IMG/VR virus record: IMGVR_UViG_3300021167_000376
From: an uncultured virus (IMG/VR IMGVR_UViG_3300021167_000376)
Lineage: Duplodnaviria; Heunggongvirae; Uroviricota; Caudoviricetes
Reading direction: 5' to 3' (one strand)
Length of the DNA stretch: 64,000 nucleotides
A program made the position numbers and the translations under genes. How positions within the stretch are numbered: position 1 is the first letter of the stretch; every line of letters starts with the position of its first letter. The notes below the pieces were generated by a model. That model made no database searches and was not told where the DNA came from. It was given only the letters and a program-made list of their open reading frames with translations. Shown here one piece after another: positions 1 through 9,028 of this stretch.

Positions 1-116
1 GTCAGCTACCCTTCAAGCCCGTCCTGATGACCGAGGACGATGAAGCCTTGATCGCAACGGTTCGCGAGCGGCTGGCTAATCCCCAGCGGGTTAAGGTTTC
101 GCTAGATGACCTATAG
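1..116 (+). CDS. relB: RelB-family antitoxin, C-terminal part (truncated by window edge)
   Basis: Frame from base 3 reads QLPFKPVLMTEDDEALIATVRERLANPQRVKVSLDDL*, resembling the E. coli RelB C-terminus; overlaps the relE start. Confidence 0.85.
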   Translation, partial: QLPFKPVLMTEDDEALIATVRERLANPQRVKVSLDDL

Positions 117-393
117 CCTCGAATTCGATGCGCGGGCGTTAAAGGAGTGGCACAAATTGGGGGATACCGTGCGCCAGCAACTCAAGAAGAAGCTGGCCTC
201 GATTCTGGTCAATCCGCGCATTGAAGCCAACCGTCTACACGCCTTTCCCGACTGCTACAAGATCAAGCTGCGCAGCAGCGGCTATCGGCTGGTCTATCAA
301 GTGATCGACCAAGAGGTCATGGTGTTCGTGGTGGCGGTCGATAAGCGCGAGCGTGAGCAGGTTTATCGCAAAGCGGCTGAGCGGTTAAGTTAG
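106..393 (+). CDS. relE: RelE/StbE-family mRNA interferase toxin
   Basis: 95 aa MTYSLEFDARALKEW...CYKIKLRSSGYRLVYQV...DKRER, RelE-like. Confidence 0.92.
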   Translation: MTYSLEFDARALKEWHKLGDTVRQQLKKKLASILVNPRIEANRLHAFPDCYKIKLRSSGYRLVYQVIDQEVMVFVVAVDKREREQVYRKAAERLS

Positions 394-491
394 CGAGTAC
401 GCAACGTATAAGTGAAAAGCCTGCCGAGTCAGGATGTGTGAAAATGCGAGCATGATTACGGGAGTGGGACTCCGTAGCGTTCGGTGGAACG

Positions 492-513
492 TGATGCGGC
501 ACCAGGAGTCGAA
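492..513 (-). repeat. Short degenerate att copy (3' end of tRNA-Thr up to the T-loop)
   Basis: 17-bp exact CGGCACCAGGAGTCGAA (497-513) shared with the copies at 8875 and 45696; preceded by TGATG instead of TGGTGC. Confidence 0.75.
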
Positions 514-877
514 TTAGAATGTAAATATTTGATAACGATTAGTTTTAGAACGATTTTTTAGACTCCTATCCCTAAAACTATCCTTAAGGTCAAGAACAGC
601 TGTTCCATAAATACGACATTAAAATCCGCAATTTGATGCTGAATGCTGTGCTCCTTAAATCTCTCACTTCTTCGCACCTAGAAATATGGATAGCCCATCC
701 TAATGGATTGATAAAAATACTCAAAAAAACCAGTCATAATATGATACCTCAACGCTAGATTAAATAGTTATTTTTAACCATAGAAACTAACTTGTAACAC
801 TATTCTTCCCGAAAATGAAAAATATAGTCACATTTAGTCTTCACGTTAACTTGTATTTTTTTTTGGATGTGTCTCAT

Positions 878-1393
878 ATGAAATATGACATCAATGCACT
901 GCTAGAAAAATATAGAGCCTGTGCCAATGATATGACCGAAGAATTCCGTCAGTTCTTTAGAACATTCGATTATCAAAATAACGATTACAAAAAAATAAAA
1001 ATCACAAAAATTGAATCTCTTCAATCTCTTGATAGTGTTCTAAGTGGGGCTGGATTCTATCTTATCGCTTCAACCATGCCCACGCCAAATAATGGTTGCC
1101 GGCTACAAATCGGCTCTTCACGGGTTATATATAGAGGCCACAGTTCGAACGTCAGAGAGAGACTAGAAAGTCATTTGTTTTATGGCTCATACACTACAAA
1201 AAATGCAGGACGAAAATTTACTGTTTGCATGAAGTTAAACGGGAAGAATGTCAATCTTGACGAGTGCACCAAAATTGATGACGATTGGTACGTTGTTACC
1301 CACAGCATGCCCAAGAGTATGAAATTGATTCGTGAGGCCGCAGAGGTTGCATTCGATGCTGAGTTCGGAAAACCTGTGTGCAGCACCAAGTGA
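878..1393 (+). CDS. GIY-YIG-like nuclease (hypothetical)
   Basis: GFYLI...VIYRGHSSNVRERLESH...REAAE fits the GIY-YIG pattern; start could be 815. Confidence 0.5.
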   Translation: MKYDINALLEKYRACANDMTEEFRQFFRTFDYQNNDYKKIKITKIESLQSLDSVLSGAGFYLIASTMPTPNNGCRLQIGSSRVIYRGHSSNVRERLESHLFYGSYTTKNAGRKFTVCMKLNGKNVNLDECTKIDDDWYVVTHSMPKSMKLIREAAEVAFDAEFGKPVCSTK

Positions 1394-1652
1394 TTTCAAG
1401 CGTCTCTGAAAAATCTCAGATATCTCAATGCGCCGAAGGAACGCATTACACACCTTAATTGAGCTATCTGAACGAGTCGAAATTGCTTCCGGCTCACGCC
1501 TGATAAATTTTTCGAGAAAGCCGCCTATATAGAGTTGAAGTGGTGCTCGAGTGCGCTAGCACACAGACGTGACTAGTGGCATATTGATATGCCAAACTGT
1601 TTGCACATCAGTCGTAGTGATAAACAGAGAAAATACTGAAAGGATTGCAGCT

Positions 1653-3326
1653 ATGAAGTGGAACCTCAACGTTGTAAGCCAGGAAACGGTACCTAGTCGT
1701 GATTATGATTTAATCATCTATCCAGTGAAAATTAACTGGAATGACTTCACTTACAACTACAGAACAAAAATATACATAAAACATCCCGCAAGGCTTTTTC
1801 ACTTCGATTTATTTGTCGTGCCTTTAGCTGATGGAAAAATTATAGAAACAATCTCGGCAGCAATAAAGAAGGGTTTTAATAATGCCTTCACGCTATTTTT
1901 TAAATGCTCTTCATATAGGGACCTCGCGCATCAATTAGCGGAGAGTGAATATATTTCACTCCTTAAAACCATTAATGATATTTCATCCGCCAAGTATATT
2001 AAGCAAGGCTCCGTATCTGAGTTAGAGCACGTTATCGATTCAGAAAACTTCAGGTTGGGTGTATTACGTTCTGCGCACACCTTCGATGCCTTCTTGCACG
2101 GCTTTAAAAATTCTTTTCATCAGGATCCTATAGATGATGCTCGGGTAGATTTTGAAATCTCTACTACACTTCCTGGCTGCTTTACCGCGTTGCATCTACC
2201 AATTTCACATAAAAATCATCAGCATTTTCAAGATAGAGTTCATTGTCTAATCGGGGTAAATGGCGTAGGTAAAACCCAGCTACTGCGAGGGATAATTATA
2301 GGCGCCGCGAATAATTTTTATAATAAAAATCAGTGGTTACCAAAAACTATATTTCGTGATAAAGATGGGCAGATGTTGATTGACGAAGAATCAAACATAA
2401 AATTCAGATATAACTTCTCCGCTTTTAGCCGAGTGGTCGCATACACTTCCGACTCAGAATCAGCGCTCCCCGCCTCTTCCGAGATTGGGGGGTTCGATTA
2501 CAGTTTTTTCAATATGAACGATTCCTCCACCGGTTTCTCGTATGACAAACACCTCTCTTATTTACTTGCCTCACTTTATAGATCCGATGCAGACCCTCTC
2601 TTGAACAAATGGGCGATTTTTGAAAGCGCTGTATTAGACATAGCACCAGCTTCAGATCTGATGATACCGGTAAGAAGCAGTTTCACAGATAGTATTTTTA
2701 TACTCGACAAAAGCAATAACAAATGGGTGCTTGTAAAAAACTTAAGCGGTGAGCAACGAATACTTGATATCTTTGGAATGATAGATCCTAGCCGAGATCT
2801 TTGCTTTCTATCAAGAATAAATAATCAACCCATAAAGCTGAGCAGTGGGCAGCGGAGCTTTTTTAGATTTATTCTCCATTTTTTAACGCACGCAGGCATG
2901 GGCACATTACTACTCATAGATGAGCCAGAGACCCATCTTCACCCAAATTTAATAAGCGAGTATATGATGCTTCTATATAGCATCCTCGAAAAAACCAAAT
3001 CAATTGCTATAATTGCAACGCACTCAACTTACGTTGTTCGGGAAGCTCCCACCCATTGCGTCCACATTCTTAAGAAAAGTGATGGTCGTACTTTTTTAGA
3101 AAGTGTGTATATGAATACTTTGGGCGCAAATGTATCCTCTCTTTCCATGGCGGTATTCGGAGATAATACCGTTTCGAATTATCATAGAAAAATTAGTCAA
3201 GAAATAGCCAGTACTAGCCTGCCTCTAAACTCAATAATAGAGCAATACAAAGACATATTCAGCCTAGACATGTTAATCGAGATTCGTGCGCGCATTGAAA
3301 GTCGTGACGTTCTGGGTGACATATGA
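1653..3326 (+). CDS. ABC/AAA_21-type ATPase, Septu PtuA-like
   Basis: Walker A GVNGVGKT, signature LSSGQ, Walker B/D-loop LLLIDEPETHLHP, H-loop ATHS; overlaps the HNH gene. Confidence 0.8.
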   Translation: MKWNLNVVSQETVPSRDYDLIIYPVKINWNDFTYNYRTKIYIKHPARLFHFDLFVVPLADGKIIETISAAIKKGFNNAFTLFFKCSSYRDLAHQLAESEYISLLKTINDISSAKYIKQGSVSELEHVIDSENFRLGVLRSAHTFDAFLHGFKNSFHQDPIDDARVDFEISTTLPGCFTALHLPISHKNHQHFQDRVHCLIGVNGVGKTQLLRGIIIGAANNFYNKNQWLPKTIFRDKDGQMLIDEESNIKFRYNFSAFSRVVAYTSDSESALPASSEIGGFDYSFFNMNDSSTGFSYDKHLSYLLASLYRSDADPLLNKWAIFESAVLDIAPASDLMIPVRSSFTDSIFILDKSNNKWVLVKNLSGEQRILDIFGMIDPSRDLCFLSRINNQPIKLSSGQRSFFRFILHFLTHAGMGTLLLIDEPETHLHPNLISEYMMLLYSILEKTKSIAIIATHSTYVVREAPTHCVHILKKSDGRTFLESVYMNTLGANVSSLSMAVFGDNTVSNYHRKISQEIASTSLPLNSIIEQYKDIFSLDMLIEIRARIESRDVLGDI

Positions 3327-4129
3327 ATAGTTTTGGCTATGTTGTACGAGACGACCTTCTGGCTCTAAAAAAAATCACAACTGGTTACGTCTGTTTAAAT
3401 GGATCATACGGTGCTATATCAGATGCATACGATCAATATAAAGCTCTGAAAGGTTCTACATCGATAGTTCCACTCGGCCTAAATGCGGGCCAAGTTGAAA
3501 CATTAAAATTAGCATATCAAAATCGACCAGCAAAATTCAAACTTGACTGGATTAACGAAGTGCTAAATCACACATTGCTTGCCTGTCCAATGTGCGGAGG
3601 ATCTGGTGGGCGAACACTCGAGCACTACCTGCCGAAAACTCCTTACCCCGAGTTTGCAGTATTCAGCTACAACTTATTTCCATCATGCGGCAGCTGTAAT
3701 TCAAAACGTGGATCAAAGAACAAGCACTTAGCGTTTCCAGCACTGCTCCACCCCTACTTTGATGAAAAAACGCTGAATTCAATAGAGCTTATAACAAACT
3801 TTACTATAAGAAATGGAGTTCCTGGCTTCGAGCTAAAATTCAATTCGTCGCATTTTGACGCAGCTACTAGGCATCGTATCGAATATCACTTAGAAGTATC
3901 CTTGGATAATTTGGATTTTAGAAACTACTCCGGGGGATACCTAAATAAGGCACTCCATCGAGTGCAGGATTACAACAATTACAATGGTTATATCTTCGCA
4001 ATAAAAAAAGATCTTGAACTTTGCGAAAGAAGCGGCTCAAGAAATTCATGGGAGGCAGCTTTTATGCGCGGACTATTAGCGCTATCTATTTTTGATTTCA
4101 ATAAATTGCTAGGTGCAAATTATATTTAG
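3323..4129 (+). CDS. HNH endonuclease, Septu PtuB-like
   Basis: CPMCG...TLEHYLPK..YPEF....NLFPSCGSCNSKRG...LHPYFD; ATGA overlap with the ATPase gene. Confidence 0.85.
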   Translation: MNSFGYVVRDDLLALKKITTGYVCLNGSYGAISDAYDQYKALKGSTSIVPLGLNAGQVETLKLAYQNRPAKFKLDWINEVLNHTLLACPMCGGSGGRTLEHYLPKTPYPEFAVFSYNLFPSCGSCNSKRGSKNKHLAFPALLHPYFDEKTLNSIELITNFTIRNGVPGFELKFNSSHFDAATRHRIEYHLEVSLDNLDFRNYSGGYLNKALHRVQDYNNYNGYIFAIKKDLELCERSGSRNSWEAAFMRGLLALSIFDFNKLLGANYI

Positions 4130-4383
4130 CACAATTCACTTAAATATAAAGAGGACCCTGGTGACTGGCAGGCTCGTTGATTCAAGATTGCTGCGAGCTA
4201 GCCTAGGCCTAAGAACGAATAAGGATCGCTCAAGGTAATGTTAAGGTAACCGTCTGCCCAGCACTCTCTCCTGTCAGTTGCCAGCGGGCTCTCCTAGCAT
4301 ACTGGTCGAAGGACCCATTATTAGACTTTGCAGGAGGTTGTTTTTGACAATAATTGCAATGTATAGATTTTTGGACAAACGCT

Positions 4384-6000
4384 TTAAGGCCTTGGAATTT
4401 TTGCGGCAGCTGAAATTTTCACCGAGAAGCCACGCTGTGATAAACTGTCATATGCTCGCACAAGGTTAACTTTGCTGAAGAAAGGTAGATTGTTTTTTAC
4501 AGCCGCAGCGTCGTCCCCCAAAATCAAAAATACCACTTGGTAATCTGAGCTTCGAAAATTGTCCAGTGGAACGATTTCACGCACGTCATTACCAAATGTA
4601 TTCAATACTTTTCTTGCTGCTTTTCTGAAGTCTCGATCACCGAGTAAGATTTCTGCTGCGACGCTCCCTTGAGCGAATAGATGGCTTAATCCGGCAGATC
4701 CGCCTTTACGATGCTTGACATGAATAAATTGCTTATCCGCTGTAAGAAGATCGCATAATTCGATAGAGCTGGTGGATCTGTTGCTTTTAACTAATCGTTT
4801 ATCTAATAAGTGATATCCGTGGAGTAAGGATGCTCTGGTGTTGTAGTCACCTTCAGACTCTATTTTTGTTTCGTTATTTTCTTCCCATACATGGACGCCA
4901 GGGAATTGAAGGTCAGAAATGACAATCTTGGCTAAACTAGAATTGGTTCTTCCAATGAATGAGTTGTCGATCTCGTACCATGTCCCTCCAAATATTAAGT
5001 TTGTTTTGTTTTCAGTAACAATTTCGAAGTAAATACATTTATATATAGAGTGAGAGAACTCGTTTTCGTAGATGTCGAAAACATACAGATTGTCCCTCTT
5101 TACGGTGTCAATTGTTACTTTGCTATTGTCGATGGTGTTCAGATAATTATCAGAAGATATTATTGGTACTCGACCATTTTTGGCGCGAGTAAAACTAAAT
5201 CCAATAATTGAGTCCCATTTTTCTATTTCGGGTAGGGTGATGACTAGTCTGGGATCTCGGTTTTTTATAGCGTCAAGCAGTAGCTGGTCCAATCGATCTA
5301 TATCGGATTTCTCTTTGATTTTTCGAACATTATCTACCCAGAGAAATTCTGTTTTATAGTCATCTTTAAGGTAATGAGATTTTAGGGTTTCGATTAGGCT
5401 CGATAAATCACAGATCTCCATTTCAACGCCAAAAGAAAACATTGCATCGCCACCAGAGATATTTTTGAACTCTATGCCCGGTTTAGGTGTTCCGGTCACA
5501 GCTCTTAATATATCGCGGGAAATATCGATGCCAAATACACTGATTTCTGAGTCGCGTGCAGCCTGTGATCTTTTTTGAACAGGTTGGTCGTCTAATGTAT
5601 GAATGTCAACGCTTCGTAAACTTTCATGATTCAGTGTGTTTAACGCAGTTTTTAGTCCAAAATCTTGCACGAAATATGAAAAGTCTAATAAATGTCGTCC
5701 ATAGCCAAAGGTTATTGCAAATACATCTTCGCCTGTTCTAATCAATAAAACAGCAGAGCTCGACTTGTTGCCGATTTGTGCAACATCAGTTCCAGTTAGT
5801 GTGTCAACTAACTCGCTCCAATGTGGTCTTTTTTCAGTTGTGCGCTTCACATACAAAATGCCTTCAATTTCGAAGGCCGGATTAAGCTCATAGGACGCTA
5901 CATCCCTATCCGCCGCGAGCAAGTCGGAGAAACCATTCGTTACGGTGCCTGGCTTCATCATGAAGACGTTCAAGTGGCGATATTTTTTTTCAGGCATCAT
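4384..6000 (-). CDS. TIGR04141/DUF6119-like sporadically distributed protein with putative C-terminal PD-(D/E)xK-like nuclease
   Basis: FAITFGYGRHLL, DFGLKTALN, IELCDLL...FIHVK...LSHLFAQG, LPFFSKVNL motifs. Confidence 0.75.
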   Translation of the reverse strand: MMPEKKYRHLNVFMMKPGTVTNGFSDLLAADRDVASYELNPAFEIEGILYVKRTTEKRPHWSELVDTLTGTDVAQIGNKSSSAVLLIRTGEDVFAITFGYGRHLLDFSYFVQDFGLKTALNTLNHESLRSVDIHTLDDQPVQKRSQAARDSEISVFGIDISRDILRAVTGTPKPGIEFKNISGGDAMFSFGVEMEICDLSSLIETLKSHYLKDDYKTEFLWVDNVRKIKEKSDIDRLDQLLLDAIKNRDPRLVITLPEIEKWDSIIGFSFTRAKNGRVPIISSDNYLNTIDNSKVTIDTVKRDNLYVFDIYENEFSHSIYKCIYFEIVTENKTNLIFGGTWYEIDNSFIGRTNSSLAKIVISDLQFPGVHVWEENNETKIESEGDYNTRASLLHGYHLLDKRLVKSNRSTSSIELCDLLTADKQFIHVKHRKGGSAGLSHLFAQGSVAAEILLGDRDFRKAARKVLNTFGNDVREIVPLDNFRSSDYQVVFLILGDDAAAVKNNLPFFSKVNLVRAYDSLSQRGFSVKISAAAKIPRP

Positions 6001-6269
6001 CCGGTCCGTGGTCGTATTTGTATGGTGAAGTACGAGTGCGATGCTGAATATATTGCTACTTTTGAATCAGCTTAGCAACTCTTTCGGAACGCTTTGATTT
6101 TTCGGGTGAGCGCGTGTTCAGGTGAGTGAGACGTACGCGGCTGCTAGTTAGATGTTATAGATGTTTTTTTAATTTAATCCAAACTTCGCACGCCAAATAA
6201 ATATCATGGACTACTGTTGGGTATCAGGCGCGATTGAAGCCTATACTTTAATCAGTTACTGATATTTGG

Positions 6270-6545
6270 CTAGAGGTCGAATATCCACGACTTAGCTAAC
6301 CGCAGAGTGAGCAAACGTATCGTCAGCAGATAGTAATAGCGTGTATACACAGTATGCCGATTCAGATGCTGATGTAAAAACCATTGTAGGTGCTTTTGTC
6401 GCCACCTCCATGGGTTTTCTCGGTGCCAGCGATCAGAAATTGCGGCTTGAATGACCTTAGCTTGGCGTATGTGGCGTTGTCGTGTGGCATGCGCGCCGGT
6501 CAGGATACCGCTAAGAAATAGCTCCATATCGAATGGCTTATTCAT
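6270..6545 (-). CDS. Small basic protein translationally coupled to the recombinase
   Basis: MNKPFDMELFL...HLQWFL...TRYYYLLT; 4-bp overlap with the recombinase stop. Confidence 0.65.
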   Translation of the reverse strand: MNKPFDMELFLSGILTGAHATRQRHIRQAKVIQAAISDRWHRENPWRWRQKHLQWFLHQHLNRHTVYTRYYYLLTIRLLTLRLAKSWIFDL

Positions 6546-7522
6546 GTTCGCCCTCCAATGTACGCCGATATCACATCGATACGGCCGTGCCCGAGCTCGT
6601 AACTGATTTTCTCTCGGGCCTGCTGATCGAGGTGCCGGTCGAGCTGGAAGCAATTGCCGCCATTGATGGGCGCGTAATGATGGGTGATTTGCTTATAGCG
6701 TTCGCACGCATAGGCCGCCCGTAATTCATGAAAGCCTTTGAGGTTGTGCGTATGGAGGATGTCCCGTGCGGGGCGAACGATTATTTGTTGGAAATCGAGG
6801 TAGCGTTCGTCCGGTGCAAGCAGGTTGTGGCTACCGTCGGGCAAGACTTGATGGGCGAATGCCAGGGCTTCGCGGATGTGATCGTTCATTATGATCCGGC
6901 GAGGTGCCAGCGCACCTGAGCGACCACCTTTGGTGCCTTCCTGAATGTTGATCTTGCCGTAGTACTCGGCTTCACGTTTTAGACGCGGTAGGTCGGCCAA
7001 AATCGCCTCCCGTAAGCGCATTCCTGTTGCTCGGGTCAACTGCACGATGGCGGCGGCGCGCGGCTGCTGGTGTGCGCAAAGCACGTCTACGATCCGCTTC
7101 AGGTGTTCGCGGTCTTGGCCTTGCGGAACTGAACGACGAACACTGGTACGCCGCATTCCTAGCGCCTTGCTCGGACTCTGCACCTTCACATACTGATCAC
7201 CGCGAAGCGCTGCAAGGGTACGATTCACACTGGACAATTGGTTTTGCGCGGTAGCGATGGCGAGTTCACCCTGTTCAACTTGGTGACGCAGATGCCCGGC
7301 GTAGTCCAGCAACGTCTGCCGATCAATCTGCCGCGCATCGTTAAACCCGGGCCCATCCTCCGAGCGACACCAGCGTACGCACGCCAGCCACCGATCGCTG
7401 TGCGCCTTAACCGTCCCGTAATGCCCGCCGCCAAATAGATCTTTCAGCGCCTGCGGCCCGGCATAACTCAGTTGTCGCCCATAGCCAAAATTGCGCCCAT
7501 CTCGCCTGCCCACCAGTGCCAT
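6542..7522 (-). CDS. Tyrosine recombinase (Integrase_1-like, integrase domain-containing protein)
   Basis: Catalytic set GMRLRE, TKGGR, HELR, LGH, AYIGG; GAGGAG RBS upstream of ATG 7522. Confidence 0.85.
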   Translation of the reverse strand: MALVGRRDGRNFGYGRQLSYAGPQALKDLFGGGHYGTVKAHSDRWLACVRWCRSEDGPGFNDARQIDRQTLLDYAGHLRHQVEQGELAIATAQNQLSSVNRTLAALRGDQYVKVQSPSKALGMRRTSVRRSVPQGQDREHLKRIVDVLCAHQQPRAAAIVQLTRATGMRLREAILADLPRLKREAEYYGKINIQEGTKGGRSGALAPRRIIMNDHIREALAFAHQVLPDGSHNLLAPDERYLDFQQIIVRPARDILHTHNLKGFHELRAAYACERYKQITHHYAPINGGNCFQLDRHLDQQAREKISYELGHGRIDVISAYIGGRT

Positions 7523-7952
7523 GATCGAACTCCTCTCAAAGCCAAAAACTTTTAAAATTTTCCCCACGTCATCCCGCCAAGAATGTTGAGTGTTATCAGG
7601 GATCAAGGCCCCTGCGACCTGTGAGGGTTGTCCACTAACGCGGGACCGGCGGCTCCTTACGACCGGGAACTGGGGTATCTCATTATCTGGCCTCCTGAGC
7701 ACTTCCGAAGAAGTGGGCGGGTGGAGGCTGCACTGGCTGACGAGACCAATGCCGCGAGAACCTGAGTCGGGTGAAGGCAGTGATGCTATGACCGGGGCAT
7801 GCCTGACTGTCAGTCAGGTGCAGTCCATTCCGTAGGCTGCGGCACCATCATCTGCATCGCTGTTGCTGGTGACGTCGGTGTTTGTCACGCCGATTGTCAC
7901 GAGGGGGAATGCCGCAAAGCCTTGTACGAGTTGGGCTGCAGCAGCGGTAGGA

Positions 7953-7987
7953 GCGCCCGTCTCTTTCCGGGAGAAAGAGACGGGCGC
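7953..7987. repeat. Perfect 15-bp inverted repeat
   Basis: GCGCCCGTCTCTTTC-CGGGA-GAAAGAGACGGGCGC. Confidence 0.9.
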
Positions 7988-8224
7988 AGGTTGGCGCAAG
8001 GAAATGGCCAAGCGGATAGGTTGCTGCAAGGCAGCTATGAAAGGGGGAAGTTGCCGCAGTGGGCACACTGGTAAAAGTAGGCATCCATCACATCGCTGTG
8101 ACCGTGCGAGCCGCCGGACGCTAATCGCACTTGGGGAGAACCACCACGGTGTGGCGTAGCCTTAAAGGTTCTGGCTACCTGGGTCGCTGTCAACGACAGC
8201 GCTTTGCCCGATCTTTTCTACGCC

Positions 8225-8312
8225 TGTGGATAATTCGGGTCAGGTTCGAGCTTTCGGGAGTTCCGCACCGGTGGATAAATTATCCACCGGTGGAAATCAG
8301 TGGTTTTCCACA
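8225..8312. promoter_or_regulatory. Cluster of four DnaA-box-like 9-mers
   Basis: TGTGGATAA 8225-8233, GGTGGATAA 8270-8278, TTATCCACC 8280-8288, TTTTCCACA 8304-8312; the middle two sit in a perfect 13+1+13 palindrome 8266-8292. Confidence 0.6.
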
Positions 8313-8845
8313 GACAGTTGCGTGGGCGTTAGATTTTTTAAGTGAGGCCCATCCAAGCAGAGCGGCTTTGCAGCTCTGTTTGGATGGGCTGCGAGGACAG
8401 AGCGGGGCATCGAGATTTCGAGAGCGTGCGCTTACGTTGCTCCGCCGAGTCGTGGAGAGTGACATCCTCTTGCTGATTGGTGACTGGGGGAGAGATTCTG
8501 ACGCTGCAATGGGTTTTGGGGCATGCGTCGTTGGCTATGACGATCAAGTATGCGCATTTCAGTCCGGGGCATTTAGCGGAGGTGGTGACGCTGAATCCGC
8601 TGGCAGCGGTATTGGCTGCCGGTGGCTTTCTTTAAAGAGATGGCAGATCCCGATAGTTTCTGTGAGGCGGCAGATCTATTGGAGGCTTTTGTGAAAATCG
8701 GCCGAGAGCTGACAGCTGCGGCAGACAAAAAGAAGTGAAGTCTGCGGAAATGGGTACCGTGTTTTTTTGAGTGTGGACGTTTTGTGGACGTTTTCTCGAA
8801 ACCGGTGCTTCAAATTTTTGTGATTTTCTAAACCCCAGAAACCAC

Positions 8846-8868
8846 AAAGCCCCGCATTGCGGGGCTTT
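8846..8868 (-). terminator. Hairpin terminator following the tRNA 3' fragment
   Basis: AAAGCCCCGC-ATT-GCGGGGCTTT. Confidence 0.7.
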
Positions 8869-8874
8869 GAGATA

Positions 8875-8919
8875 TGGTGCCGGCACCAGGAGTCGAACCC
8901 GGGACCTACTGATTACAAG
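8875..8919 (-). repeat. att site: 45-bp 3' half of tRNA-Thr(UGU)
   Basis: TGGTGCCGGCACCAGGAGTCGAACCCGGGACCTACTGATTACAAG, identical to 45696-45740; ends at the anticodon loop CTTGTAA. Confidence 0.95.
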
Positions 8920-9028
8920 AACCCTGCTCACAGCATGCAAATCATTAGGTTACGCCATTCTCTGGTACGTGATAGGCACGCGGAGAGCCAGAAACCATGC
9001 GGTCTCTGGCCGTGTTGGTACGCGGTAA

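Larger units (their letters stand above)
492..8919. mobile_element. tRNA-Thr-integrated genomic island with defence-type cargo and a tyrosine recombinase
   Basis: Bounded by att copies; AT-rich cargo; recombinase 6542-7522; tandem arm-like repeats near both ends (CTATCCYTAA x2 at ~566-586; TGTGGACGTTT x2 at 8772-8793). Confidence 0.75.

Noticed and set aside
1653..4129. Retron-associated PtuAB
   Set aside because: No RT gene or msr-msd-like region is recognisable in the island.
8131..8694. 187-aa ORF and other ORFs in 7590-8940
   Set aside because: No motifs or clear RBS; they overlap palindromes and DnaA-like boxes and are likely spurious.
8875..8919. tRNA-Thr genes at 8875-8919 and 45696-45744
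   Set aside because: Only the 3' halves are present; the D-arm and 5' acceptor strand are missing, so these are att duplications.
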